Below are positions 23,355 through 36,176 of a DNA stretch of 64,000 nt, piece after piece; the first letter of the stretch is position 1; each line of letters opens with the position of its first letter. The position numbers and the translations under genes are program-made. The stretch spans positions 5,146,001 to 5,210,000 of the forward strand of contig CM119373.1 of assembly GCA_051294905.1 (NCBI GenBank), in the 5' to 3' direction. The notes below the pieces were generated by a model that was not told the DNA's origin, did not search any database, and worked only from the letters and a program-made list of their open reading frames with translations. The stretch comes from Botryllus schlosseri (lineage: Eukaryota).

Positions 23355-24821
23355 TCAGAGGAAGCGTAGGCTATCAGAGTCTTCCGGATAGACCGCAATT
23401 TTCGAGAACATCTGGGCGAGATCGGCAACCCAAGCGTACCTGCCCATACGAAAACGGCATAGTACTCCAATTAGAGAAGAGTTGACGTCAGGCCCGCTGA
23501 GCAGTTGGCTGTTCAAACTGATGCCCGAGAATTTGCGGCTAGCGTCGAATACAATTCGCATCTTCTGTTGTCGAGTATGGAAATGGATGAGATAAAAAGT
23601 CCTTTCGGATGCAGGAAGTAGGTCGGGCGGGACTACCTGTGCATAGCCTCGATACAGGTATTCGTCGATTTTTTCTTTATACTTGCGGAAGAACTCAGGA
23701 TCTTTCTGGAATTTCGAGCGTTGGTTTTCGAGCGATTTCTCGGCAGCTCCACGATTATATGGCAGCTTCACTTCATCCGTTCTCCATGGAAGACCGACTC
23801 TGAAACGGCCGTTCAATATGTGCGCGGTTTCTTTCATAGTCGACAGCGCTTGTTCGTCTTCGATCGAATTTTGCGATTCATAGGGATCAACCCAAACGTC
23901 CGAAAAATCAGCGTTACAACTAGAGCAAATTGGCAACGTTGGCGAATCAAATCGGTTAAAAATGGTATTCTCAGCACGCACGAAATTCATATCGATAAAA
24001 TTCACACTATTGGGCTGAAAGCCAGATTTGACAAGGGTGCGGTCGGCGCCAGCAAGGGACCAACCGAAAACCGAGAGCTCGGCACCTGGCAGACCATTCT
24101 GGGGCTTAATGATTTCTGTATTTGGGTATTGCATTTGGAAATCTTTTCCTAGGACGAGGTCGACATCATTTGTATTGGCGACCGGTATGTTAATGTGACT
24201 GAGGTGATCGCATTCAGAAATAGTATCAACATTTGGCGTATGATTTTGCACATCGGGAAAATGAGAAGTCGCGAGCACATTTTTTATATCGATAACTGTG
24301 CTTTGATCAAGGGCTTGCACAGTAAGAAAAATCACTTCTACTTCCCCTTCGAAAACGCCACCTGCAGTCGACGTTTCGCAAACCATACGGTCACCCTGGA
24401 TATTTAATTTTTTACGCAACCGGTGTGTGCACAGAACATGGCCAAAGCCTGGATCTAGGAATGCGTTGGTGACCACTCTAACATTTGAATCGGGGGAGGT
24501 GATTATAACCGGTACAACAGATAACCGCACAGGATTTACTTTTCCGTTTAGCAAAGACGACATCGTGTTGACATCTGCGGTTATTTTATTTTGAAAGCCC
24601 CCATGAAGTAGGGTGTGATGTGACGCTCTGCAGCCGCTGACGTAGCACTTACGATCTGATTTGCACGCACGGGCTTCGTGCCCGTAGCCCAGGCAGTTGA
24701 CACAGACCGGCTTTTCTTCTACAAACTTCTTGCGTTCGGCTGGAATCTTCTGGTGGAAGAGGTCGCATTGGTAGAGCGGATGCGAGTCGTCGCAGAGGTG
24801 ACAGCGAGGCGTTGGCTTCAT
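23355..24821 (-). pseudogene. pol: Bel/Pao Gag zinc knuckles, aspartic protease and RT N-terminal half
   Basis: CHLCDDSHPLYQC, CVNCLGYGHEARAC, CYVSGCRASHHTLLH; protease FLDPG..DLVLGKD; RT RIVFDAS, LLSGPD, ADLAQMF. Confidence 0.93.
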
Positions 24822-25957
24822 ATACGTGCAGAGCGTGGTCTTGGTTCGTTGGAGACAGCGACGGGACGATCGACGGACGTTGCATTCACTTGCGTCTTTC
24901 GAGGTGGAAACTTGGTAGCTCTGGCGAACGGCATGCTCGACACGAATTTGCCAAGTCGAGTTCTTGACGTACCAGCTTGTCTACCAACGAAGGCGACAAA
25001 ATTTTTAAACTGCGGCTCGTACCCGTTTTCCATCTTTTCTTCATACTTGCTCGAGAATTTTTGTATGAAGTGGCGTGGAAAACGCTTCATTATTGCGTCA
25101 GAGACTGCCGGTGCATTTACTTGAGCCATTGCGCCAAGTTGCGAGAGGATGTGATTTGCCGACCGAAGCTGATCATATGCTGCAGCCAGCTCACGATTAT
25201 CATTAGGGTTAACATCACCACCATGCGTCAATTCATCAATGAAAGCGTCAATAACGTAGGAGTCTCGGCCAAAGCTATCATGTAGGACGTTACGGGCATG
25301 TAAGTATGCGTCCTCGCCATACCGATTAGCACTGCAGCCAGCAAGTGCGGATTTAGCGTCGCCCGTACAGTACGATATCAGCTTGTTAAGCTTGGTTCGG
25401 GCGTCATGTCTTTCACTAGGATTGGCATTTACGGGTTCAAAGGCACTATCGAATTCGTTTATGAACCGGTAATAATCTCGCGGGTCGCCATCGAAACTGG
25501 CAATTGTAACAGTATTGAGGTCCATGCTACGCTTCATGGAGCCTAACATGGAATTCACCGAGGCAAGATAGAGATCGTTATTATAGTTCGCCGTGCTATC
25601 CGGTGTCATTAGGACGGAAGGACCGTAATCGCTCGGTTGATAGGGGCCAGGAGTGATACTACTGCGGTTATGCACGGGATTACTATAGCCAGAAAGCGCG
25701 AAATCTCCTTGCTCTTGATACCGGGGAATAGAATCGTCGTGCTCGGAAAACGAAAAACCGTCTGGGCGGCGGTAACTAGTCACTAATCTGTTGCGAGAAT
25801 GAGAACTAAGATCGGTGTGCGCGTTCGGCACATTACGAATATCGGCGGGTTGACCGCGAAAATGAGAACGAAGATCGGTGTGCGCGTTCGGCACGTTACG
25901 AATATCGGCGGGTTGACCGCGAGAACGAGGACTGAGCTCGGTGTGCACATTTGGCAC
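24818..25957 (-). pseudogene. gag: Bel/Pao Gag core (DUF1759-like)
   Basis: FDGDPRDYYRFINEF, KLNKLISYCTGDAK, ARNVLHDSFG. Confidence 0.88.
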
Positions 25958-26045
25958 GTATCAGCAGATTGACTGCGAGAACGAAGATCGGTGTGCGCAT
26001 TCGGCACATTACGAATATCGGCGGAGTGGCCGCGAGGACGATGAA
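25800..26045 (-). repeat. ~63-bp degenerate tandem repeat in gag (PADIRNVPNAHTDLRSHFRGQ-like 21-aa unit)
   Basis: GATCGGTGTGCGC..CGGCAC..TACGAATATCGGCGG recurs ~4-5 times. Confidence 0.85.
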
Positions 26046-26513
26046 TGAGATCATTTTGCGCAGTAGGCATGAAATTGTTTTGACGACGATGAATATCGGC
26101 GAGCGTATTACGAGGATAAGAGATATATTCATTGATCAACCGTTCACCCTGCCACTGAGGAGTGCTTCGAGGATATGAAGGAGTGGCCGGCTCAGCATCT
26201 AAATTACGCGAACGAACAGGCTGGGAATGCGGGCCTAGCTCCCTAGACTGGTAACTATAGGTATCCGCTGCGAAACTGACGGACGGACGACAGTTGCGAT
26301 TAGGGTTTTGAACTTAGAGCATGCGCGACTTCTACCCTACTTGCTTGTGCGGTTGGCTGATGGTTGGTTGTCAATGATTGGGTTACCGCCGGCTCGTTAG
26401 CGAGTCTCTGCCCAGTGCTACTGCCCGTTGCAGACGCTGGCGTTCCCCAGGGAACGAACCACGATGCGTGAGTAGCAGACAAATTCAAAGGTTCAGTACT
26501 CACAGCAATGTTT

Positions 26514-27134
26514 TCAGTGTCGGAAATAATCGACTCTCGTGATTCGACAGAACCGGCAATTGATGCTTCTTCCTCGGCGGCTTCCTAGTTCGAGGTAGCT
26601 TCGATCGAGAACCTCAAATCTACCTTCAAATTCGGCATCGATTGTAGCTCTTCTCTGTTCTTGTCTCAGTTTAATCCTTTCAAGTGCCAGCCTAGCGTTT
26701 CGGACTGTTGCTGACGTTCTGGACGGCGTGACGGAATGAAGACTGGATGGTTTCTTCGAAGTTTGGGTATTAATGTAGTCGATGGTGACTTCGGAGGAAG
26801 TGTTCATGCTTCCTTCTTGGTAGGATTGGTAGGCGCGACGTGCATTGACCTGTGCCCGTGAAGCTGTTACTAACAGCTTTTCTATTTGCGGTATCGAATC
26901 TCGAAGGGCGTGATCCTGTTCAACTCCTCCGATCAAGTCTGTGGCGACTTGAGCGCAGAGTTCTTCTATTTCATCTCTGCACTTGACAACGTGTTCGATG
27001 GGCGAAGCATTCTCGATAGAGGAAAGGAAAGCGCGCTCTACTTTCAGGAAAGCGGCGCTGGAGTTTTCGAGGACTTGGTCGATATACTGCTTGCTCAAAA
27101 ACAGATGACTAGCAGCTTGCAGTGTTGTATCCAT
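26514..27134 (-). pseudogene. gag: Bel/Pao Gag N-terminal (coiled-coil-like) fragment
   Basis: First ATG 37 nt downstream of the 5' LTR; helical 206-aa ORF ending at a frameshift. Confidence 0.7.
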
Positions 27135-27153
27135 ATCGATGTCAGTCAGCTCT

Positions 27154-27166
27154 CGTATTTTTTAAC
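27154..27166 (-). promoter_or_regulatory. PBS-position 13-mer (GTTAAAAAATACG on minus), complementary to the element's own LTR
   Basis: 5 nt from the 5' LTR end; no TGG tRNA complement; perfect reverse complement of 27371-27383 and 20113-20125. Confidence 0.65.
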
Positions 27167-27171
27167 TTTTA

Positions 27172-27528
27172 TGTCCCGTGGGACTGCGAAAGCAATTGTA
27201 CACAGGATTGAAACGGCTCAGCTTTAGCCGGACTAGAGTACCGGTGCGAGTAATGACGGACTTCGAGTATCTTCAACTGACTGCTATAAGTCCAGACTAC
27301 AGACACAATGATATCCCCGTCACGATGTATTGTAGAATCAAGGTCAATCAGTCTGGTCCAATAACACACCGTTAAAAAATACGCTGGCAATACTCTGAGA
27401 AATTACAATAATGTCAATTAGAATGCGAGATCTATAAGAACACCCTGTTAACTGTGCGACGTTCTCAGACAAAAGAATGACCACGTGCGCTCAATGCCTG
27501 GTAGCCATGTGTAACGAACCGTAGAATA
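27172..27528 (-). repeat. 5' LTR (outer 22 bp missing, internal 15-bp deletion)
   Basis: Matches 19914-20285 with 4 substitutions seen and loss of CCTCGTTCTGTGAGG. Confidence 0.93.
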
Positions 27529-27570
27529 GAAGTAGCTGTAATTGATTAGCTTAAAAAGTTGTAAAGTTGT

Positions 27571-28480
27571 TGTAGTGATGGGACCGTACTTCAATTTATA
27601 TTTTCAGCAATAGGGAGATCATAGCTTTTTATTATTTCCAATAAACTGAACTGATAACGACAAAGGAGTTGACACGTGACATTACGTCATATCCTGTCTT
27701 GAACCTTGCAGTAAGATGACCACGATCTGTCTTGAACCTTGCAGTGAGATGACCACGATTCTACAACGCGCTTGAGCTGCTTTTGGAGATATTCACCTGT
27801 TCTGTGAGATGGTATTCAAATTACCTGTAATTAGTCGTGGAGAGCAGTGCCGGGGAAAGCGGGTAAGTTTTATTTGTTAGTTAGGTTCGACTGTATCTAT
27901 CATACATTTTGGTTGCAGCGCACCGTATTCTTAATTCCTGAAGCATTCTCGTCAACCATCGAGAACTGAAGAAATCTGATTGAAGTTGCTACTTGCCTTC
28001 CTGGCAACAGAATTGTAAGGTTGCCAATTTGAGTCTGTATTGATGACATTTATTATACTTGTGCTATTCCAATCCATTAATATGAAATGCTGATAATCAT
28101 TGAAGAACGTCAACTTGACATCATTTACGCTGCAACCGTAACTCAACACATGCTTACTGTCACATAATTCCAAAACCACAGATATCAGCGATATGTGTTC
28201 AAAGCGTCAGCGTCACCCACTTATCTGTCTGTAGTCGAGAGAATCTTGGTTAGCACCAGATGCTGATTCCATATTGGTTGTTGTTTATTGTGCTCTCATC
28301 ACAACTCCAACCATAATGTTTCCTGACTACCGAAATATGTATTTGAAACAAGTCAATATGTTGATGTAATAAAACTATATTACTAAGCACCACGTTATTT
28401 GTCTTATTTTAAGATCATACCGTGACAACTCATCATGGCCTTTGAAAAGTTGAATCAGTGTTAATTACGAGTCTTGACCT
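27571..28480 (+). pseudogene. Inverted paralog of segment X (6888-7787)
   Basis: Reverse-complement alignment along ~900 bp; same splice-like junctions (TTTTCAG|, CGG|GTAAGT, TTGGTTGCAG|). Confidence 0.8.
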
Positions 28481-29015
28481 TAACCCTTTGCGACCGGCGG
28501 ACCAGTATACTGGTCCGCGATCGTTTAACACGGAGGAGTCGTTATTTATTCTAAGATAGCTCGACCTGAATTACTTTCTAAACTGTAACAATCAATCGAT
28601 TTATATGGATAGTTATTATGAATACACATACATAAAACCATGTACAACCAATTATATCAATGTTTATCCTGCTTGAAATACAGATTGAACACGCAAAAAC
28701 GTTTCCCGCAAAAGTGAATTTGTAATGATGTTCGCGTGAACGAACGCCTGGAATATAAAACATTCTATCTTCCGTTCTAGACGTCATATAACTAATTACA
28801 GTTATCTTCTATGACTTGTTGTTGGTCATACTATTCTACGAAAGTCCTTATATCGAAGATTAGCACGTAGAGATGTTTCAAATCGACGTGAAAGAAAACA
28901 ATACGTCTGTAACGAGACGTCTACATACCCAAAGGATTTTTATATACTTCGACAGTCAAGATATGCAATATACCCTGACTAAGGTGCGTGTAACATGCCT
29001 GATGCGCATTTTTGC

Positions 29016-30013
29016 CAGTGTTGGGATGACTCGAATCATGACTTGACTCGAGTCAGACTCGAGTCAACTTTTTAGTATGACTTGACTTGACTCGAGTCAC
29101 TTTGCAAAAATGACTTGACTTGACTTGACTCGGAGCTTCAGAAATCTGCATTGACTCGTGACTCGGAGCAAAATTTACGAGTCATTGCAAAAATGACTTG
29201 ACTTGACTTGACTCGGAGCTTCAGAAATCTGCATTGACTCGTGACTCGGAGCAAAATTTACGAGTCAATTTCAAGTCATTAAGTAAACAGTGTCGAATGA
29301 ATCAATGTATCTTGTGTATGTACGGATTGTTCAAGATACGCCGGTGTCACTTGTGACTTGTGAGAGCAATCAGTCATTCACTGATTGTACGTTACACTGA
29401 TCCTCCATTGTTACATCACAAATAATTTGACCGCTAACGGGACGGTCACAGTTTACGCTGTCGTACAGTAGCAGATTAATCTAATAGCAATGTGTCTCAG
29501 TTTCTTAGACGGCTCAATGCTTACGTTGCGCATTGCTCAGTTTTGCCAAACCTCTCGATAGATTTAAATCGAACAAATATAGTCTGTGCGTTTATATTTA
29601 TACGGATGTGTAGATGGGAACAAATATAGTCTGTGCGTTTATATTTATACGGATGTGTAGATGGGTAGTGTAGCTATTGTACCAAATCAATTTGTTTCAA
29701 CTTCTCGGGGCTTCGAATTCATTTTCTTCATCTTCTTCATCTGTCTTTCACACACTTAGCAAAATGTGCTGGCTTTGAATCATCACTCATACTTCGAAAT
29801 TCAATTTGACTTGAATTGTGACTTGAATTGTGACTTGACTCGTGACTTGACTTGACTTGACTCGACTTGACTCGAGTCACCTCCAAAAAACGAGTGACTT
29901 GACTTGACTCGAGTCACCTTCGAAAATCGATTGACTTGACTTGACTCGAGTCAGATTGTCCAATGACTCGAAATGACTCGTGACTCGAAGGTAGTGACTT
30001 GATCCCAACACTG
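29016..30013. mobile_element. hAT-type MITE with GACTTGACTCGAGTC subterminal repeats
   Basis: TIRs CAGTGTTGGGAT / ATCCCAACACTG; TSD ATTTTTGC at 29008-29015 and 30014-30021. Confidence 0.92.
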
Positions 30014-30599
30014 ATTTTTGCTGCCTTCTCATTTGACATTGTCAACCATGACTTACATCATATTGTGTCGCATATTAATAGATGAGCAATCAACCGTCGA
30101 ACTCTCATATAGCATTTGTATTTGCGCTAGACCAGCGGTTCTCAACCGGGGTCCGCGAAGCCTCTAGATTTGTAAAATGATTGATAACCTAGTTTGTCAT
30201 ATTTGATACTAGAGAAAGCATGCGACATCTTCGCTTAATAACTGCTAATTTCCAATATAACATACCTACCAATAGCTTGAAACACCGTACTACATAACTG
30301 GTAGTCTCATCACCAGAGACGATAATGGGGGCCGTTTCCTTTGTCGTCGATCGGCAACTTATGCATAATGTGAATTGCTTTGTGAAGATCAGTCTGCGTG
30401 TTACATACACATGATAACCGATTACACAACTACGCGCGCAACTATCGATCAACGTACGGAAGAATACTCTAGCTAAGCTTTCTGTGGTTATTGTCCGGTT
30501 CGGAGTTGAGCTGGCTAATGGGAAGGGCGTGGTCTCATTATCTGGTACCTATTGCATACAAATGATATAATATGATGAGAGAAAATAGTGTCAACATAG

Positions 30600-33500
30600 C
30601 ATTCAGTCGATAGCTTTAGGCAATATGTAGTTGTAATGATTGTAAGTAATAAACTAACGTTTCGCGATCCGTGATCTGCGGCCTGAAGCGGTTCACACAG
30701 TGATGTAGGGAAACCGACTGTGGAAATCGAATCCGCACTATGTTCCTCCTTGAGTCAGCTTCTGGTGCAGTTCTGCGATGCCGATTACGATCGGCTGGGA
30801 TCAACGGAGCGGTCTGCGCATCGGAAACGTAATAACCCTGTACATCATAACTTGTATTTTACGTTACTCAGCGACAATATTTCACTCATAATGGTATGGG
30901 TAGCGTTAACTATTTGCTGTCAATGGGGAAACCGACCGTGTACGCTGAGTCTGTGATATCGTCGTAATCCGAGTCAACAATGAGTGGCGCTATTTGGTGA
31001 GTCCACATTCTCGCAGGGTGGCATTTCATAGGTACCGTCTCGAGGCCCACGTCACACTGTACGATCTGCGCGATAACGACAATACAGCGTTAGGTATGGA
31101 CATCATGTTATGGATTTATATTATGCTTATACCTGACCGGTATTTGCTGCGTCGTGCTGAACAGTTGTAGGTCGCGGTACACGATCCGACCCAATAGGCG
31201 TGCGTTCGTCTGAAATGTTCATGTACGTACGACGGCCTGCTTTACCAAGGTTTCTTATCAATAAAGCAACACGACATGCGTAATTAGTCGTCATCTGACG
31301 ATATAGCAGTCGTGAATGTCCAATGCCTCCGGGATTTTTGATATCGGTTTCACACCAGGAACGGACATTGTCGCGTTGGTGATAACCTGGTAGCGTACAA
31401 ACAACATCGTAGGCGAGCAAAGACACATTCGGCAAAAACCTATATCGAATTTATTCATATTGCTGGATGTAGATCGTGCGCATGAACTGCCACATATACT
31501 AGTTATATGCATATATACCAATTATTTATAATCACATCACTAGAACTGACCTGACCGGTGGATGACGGGTGAATATTTGATGGCACATGTGTACGTCTAG
31601 CGTCGGTTAACCATCAGTCACTCACAAGTCGCAAAGTCTCTTCATCCATCTTATTGGTGAGGCAGGCATGGTAATCGGAAACGGTGCGAAAATGGTCGGC
31701 GCATAAGTCTTGTTCTCGACCCGCACTGCCGGCGTGGACTTGTTCCCGACCCGCACTGCCGACGTGGACGAGGTCGGCTACGAGTCTGTCTAGTATTAAG
31801 ATAACTCGCACGCTGCGCTAGACATCGACCTCCTAACTGCAACGCAGGACAAACTCTCCGGTAAAGTCCAACACTAGAAAACGCGTTTACCATTCCCACG
31901 CCTCGCGATGTTCTCCGCACTCTACCAGTAATGCGAATGGATCAGGCTCATTGCTGGTGACTACGACCACGGTTGCACCGTTGGATTGTTCTGATCCGTG
32001 GGTTTTGGCCGACCATGACGCTCATTGCTAGTGACTACGACCACGGCTGGTGCCGTTGGCTTGTTTCAATCCGTGCGTTTTGGCCGGCCGTGACACATGG
32101 AACATTTGCTTAATCGTCGACATCATGCCGGAATGGCCCAAGAAGATGGAACTGCCTCATCGCTTTTCAACACGCGATAGTGTGAGTCCGTATGTAATTG
32201 ACCCACAACCGAGTCGTCGTGTGGAACTAGACTAGAAATACGCGGCGGGAATAAAATATCGCATAACAAGGTCTTTCCCGCTCCCGGCTTCCCCTTGAAA
32301 ATGATATGCGGCGCAGAAGTTACGCTTCTTCATTTTCCGGCATTCCGACCGCAGAGGTTTATATTGGATGACATCATTTATGCGGAAATTTCGTTTCATT
32401 TCGAGAAAAGCAGCTCTCTTACGCCTTAAAGCTTTATCGCAAGACGCATTTCACCATGCCACATGTTTCAGTTCGACAAATGAGACTTCTGAATTGATGA
32501 GTGTGCCGTGTCCATTACGCATTCTTGAAAAGTCTTGTTCACAAAGTCACCCAATCCGCTCTGCGAGTTTCTTCTGTTCTCGGTCCGTTTGAAAATTTTT
32601 CTTTTGTGGTATAGTAATAACAAGAAAGTGGTCGCTTCTCAGCACCCGATCCGTGACGTCGGTTCTGCACTTCGAAGATACGTCGGCAGACGCGATGGTA
32701 AGATATAGTAGCTAAAACGCTTTAAGGTGTTGGAAGCAATATTAATATGAGTCCGCGAGCTGTTGTTGAATACCACCATTCCATTTTGGTAGATAGTTTC
32801 ATAAAGAAGACGCCTCCCTTCGGTTATTATTACGCTGTCCCCAGGAAGTATGATGCGCATTAAAATCTTCAAATATGATCGACCGAAAGGACAGCGAATC
32901 CTGTCGACCGAAAGGACAGCGAATCCAGGAAGACAAACGCGTTCTCTTCCAGAATAGCGTTGAGGCTTACATAAACATTTCAGATACCAAATTGCCCGAC
33001 AGAAACACACAGCAGTACTCTAATGCAAGACTGCTTCACGAGATGAACCGCCGCAAAAAGATTGTTTCGCGAACAAATATGGCAACTCCGCCCGAATGTA
33101 GTGTTTTTTGTCTTTTCGGAAGATTGTTGGTGTACTCTTCAATAAGATGAGTTTCCTGCAGTAGAATGACGTCAGGTGGTAAAGGGGGGTTGTTGATGAA
33201 TTGTTTAATCCGGATATCTTCCGATTAACTCCCCGGCAGTTCCACGATTAACTCCCCGGCTGTTCCACTGTTAAAAGTGGATGGCGTTAGCGTCCATGAG
33301 GACTTAGTGCTGGATCACTGAAGCCAACACTGACGCCAATTTTTAGGCATGCTTTTCATATCATACTATTTCGAGGGCATTACTTTCATCAGATTTCATC
33401 CATAATTGAATTGTTCAATCTGTAGACTCAATAACTGCGGAGTGTCCGAATGCCTTCTGTTAGTTAGATTGGAGAAAAGATGAGGACGCAATATTATTAG

Positions 33501-34450
33501 AAGGGACACAATATTATTAGAAGGGACACAATATTATTAGAAGGAAGTTTTTTCCCCAGCGATTGGGTCAAGTGCTGCAAATCACAATAGTTTTGAGCTG
33601 GAGCAGAGATCTAATTTTTAGCATGGAGTTGAGGGCCTTGGATTGAAACTTTCGAGGGACGATGATCCGGAGTTTAAACAGACTCGCGAGAAGGTTCGTC
33701 AATTGATTCACGAAGCACTTCACTAGCATCCTGCTTGACTGTTCGGGAATCAAGGTGTTTTTTATGAAACTACAGCTAAGAATTTGTTTCGCTTCTATAT
33801 AGCTAACTTTGATGCGCTCCTTGATTATCTGAAGTTTTGCTTCGGTTTTGTACACTTTGTGGCCACCGTAGGCAGCACTATGTGGCATTTTACAGTTTAC
33901 ACAAAATTTGTCTCCGGTGCAGGAAGAGTACTCATGCTCAGAACTACCACATAAACTGCATCATGCTTACCTCTGCAAGAATTTTTATGGTGACCATACC
34001 TGTTACAGCGATGGCATCTTGGCGGCGGTGGATTATATAGGGTCTTGTCCGGAACCGAGGATAAAGTGACACTTTCGGGGACCTTATCCCAGCGGATTCA
34101 CAAGAGAACTGATGAACACAATTCGTAGCCCTTATCAGCTTTTTTCTTGAGGCGCTTGATGGAGGAGACACCAAATTCGTCAAATTTGTCGTGAAGTTAC
34201 GAGTCAGGAATATCAAGTGAGACGAACCGCAGAAATAACCGCTCTGGCAGTTTAAGACTATGATGGTACAGAGAGGTTTTCATTTGAAGTGACATGCCTG
34301 AGACTTTGTTGCAGTAGAAGTGCTTTTTGACTTGCTTCTGAGTCTTGCAAGTTACAAGGAGTTCCCCCGATCTGAGAGGACGAGGCCCTTCGTATTCGCC
34401 AAGTAACGCAAAGAGTGGTCTCGCCAAGTAACGCAAATAGTGGTCTATGG
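30600..34450 (-). mobile_element. Decayed non-LTR retrotransposon (I/Jockey-like LINE): ORF1 gag-like, APE endonuclease, RT remnants
   Basis: ORF1: RPLRSGELLVTCKT, CHRCNRYGHHKNSC (CX2CX4HX4C, ~33975-34015), IKERIKVSYIEAK; EN: QWNCRG (~33240), PDVILLQETHL, GGVAIFVR, DFNAHHTSWG (~32860), SDH (~32630). RT part is heavily degraded; boundaries approximate. Confidence 0.8.
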
Positions 34451-34683
34451 ACTACAGACTGGTGGAGAAGTTTCATTAAAACACCTCACTCGATACGACT
34501 TTTATTCCACTGCTACAATGTTCGGCGTTACAATTATCCTCGTTGACGTGGATTGCTTACTTCGTTGACGTGGATTGCTGAGTAGAAGGCTGCGTCGACG
34601 CCTGACTAGCAAAGTCCTCCTTAGCCCACACTATAGCATGAGCTGCACTACACGTCCAGCGCTGTCACTATTACTGCCTAGTG

Positions 34684-36176
34684 CAGTGGTTCTCAACCGG
34701 GGGTCCGCGGACCCCTAGGGGTCCGCGAAGCAATTACAGGGGGTCCGCGAGACCTCCAAATTTTTAGTATGGTTGATATTCTAATTTTCATTTTTTTTAT
34801 TTGAGAAAGCATGAGGCAGTTTCGCACAACAACTGCTAAAACCGCATGACTCATATCATCGTAATAATCGTCTGACATGATCGTAGTGTGGAAATTCATT
34901 TTCATAGCCAATTTCCCATTAACCTGCTGATGAAAACATATTGCTGTTTAGAGACGTTTTGTTGGGGTTTGTGGAAAAAGTAAGAATATGGAGATAGTAA
35001 CGTCAATCAGGGTGACTTCGTAATGTCTGCGAAACCTTCTCCATTTGAAGTTGTCAGTCTCATCAAATTCGTGAACAGTCGTTTGAAATAAAAGGTTCCG
35101 GAGTATTTCACTAATTTGTCCAAATGCAGGGATTGAAACCTCGCCCCAAAACCGATTTCATCCTGTGATATACATAACCATTATTTGAACAGCTTCTTGG
35201 AGGCACAGAATTTCAATATACAATTGAATAGTATATTCATTATTCATATTGAAATGAACCCGGATATTTTTGGCTGAAACCCGTCGTAAATCGGACAATG
35301 GTATACATGCTCCTAAAGCTGGGCTATCAGATTTGGCGCATTCTGATTGCGGATCCCCTATTGACAAGGCTGTTTTTTTTATGAACAAGGAGTGTTTCGT
35401 TGCTATCAAAGCATTACGCTCCAACCCTGAGATTCATGTCACCAGTTATATTGGTATGCAGCAGCCTTGTCTTGTTAATGTTCAATTGTTCATGGTCGAA
35501 AATGTTTGCTCGTAAATATATATGTAAAACCGAACAGAACAAGTAGTTTCATGACAGTCTTTCTCAGGTTGGAAAACTTGGATCCATTCTTTGGCGCATA
35601 AAATTTGTCTATACTTTTAGATTAGGATTTTACCTTGACCTCGGAAACTCTCCACGGGCCGATCAAAATGCCGTCGCGGGCCGAATCCGGCCCGCGGTCT
35701 ATTGCCCGTCCCTGCGCTAGATGCTAGACGTGATATGTTTATAAAATATATGTTTCTTCATTTTGATGCCATAAATGTTGCGATCGCACCAAAAGTATCG
35801 TCGAAGCGTTATGCGTTAATATTGCATTAGCCCCCATCTATCTCTGCGGAAATGGTTTTCGGCACTCCTCGTTCATATATCATAACGAAGACGCGAATTT
35901 TCAAGACACGACCAGCACGTACTTCAAGAAATACAGCAGCAAAATTAGCTTTGAAATAATAGAAGTCTACCAATTTCTCCATAAATAGTATGATGTTATT
36001 TGCATGAAAAATCATTATTTTGCTATTCATCACAAGCCTACAGTTCATATTTGCACAAGACAGATATGAAGGTTGCACCATAATAGAGCTAAAATTGTAT
36101 TAAAACTTCAGGGGGTCCGCGAGAGTCCGTGGCGGTCAAAAGGGGTCCGCGAAGCCAAAAAGGTTGAGAACCACTG
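34684..36176. mobile_element. hAT (Charlie/Buster-like) non-autonomous element
   Basis: TIRs CAGTGGTTCTCAACC / GGTTGAGAACCACTG; TSD GCCTAGTG at 34676-34683 and 36177-36184; GGGGTCCGCG subterminal repeats. Confidence 0.93.

Larger units (their letters stand above)
19914..27528 (-). mobile_element. Bel/Pao LTR retrotransposon, frameshifted (defective copy)
   Basis: Two near-identical LTRs; domain order Gag-PR-RT-RNaseH-IN; Bel/Pao-type Gag Cys motifs; RNase H starting LHAFADAS; integrase with GPY/F-like tail. Confidence 0.96.

Noticed and set aside
19914-27528. Programmed frameshifting as the explanation for the split gag/pol ORFs
   Set aside because: At least six breaks, including within RT and a 47-bp duplication; simple decay (or sequence error) is the better explanation.
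30130-30170. hAT left-end fragments here and at ~1084, ~15693, ~17623 and ~35640-35716
   Set aside because: Single ends without partner or TSD; element boundaries cannot be supported.
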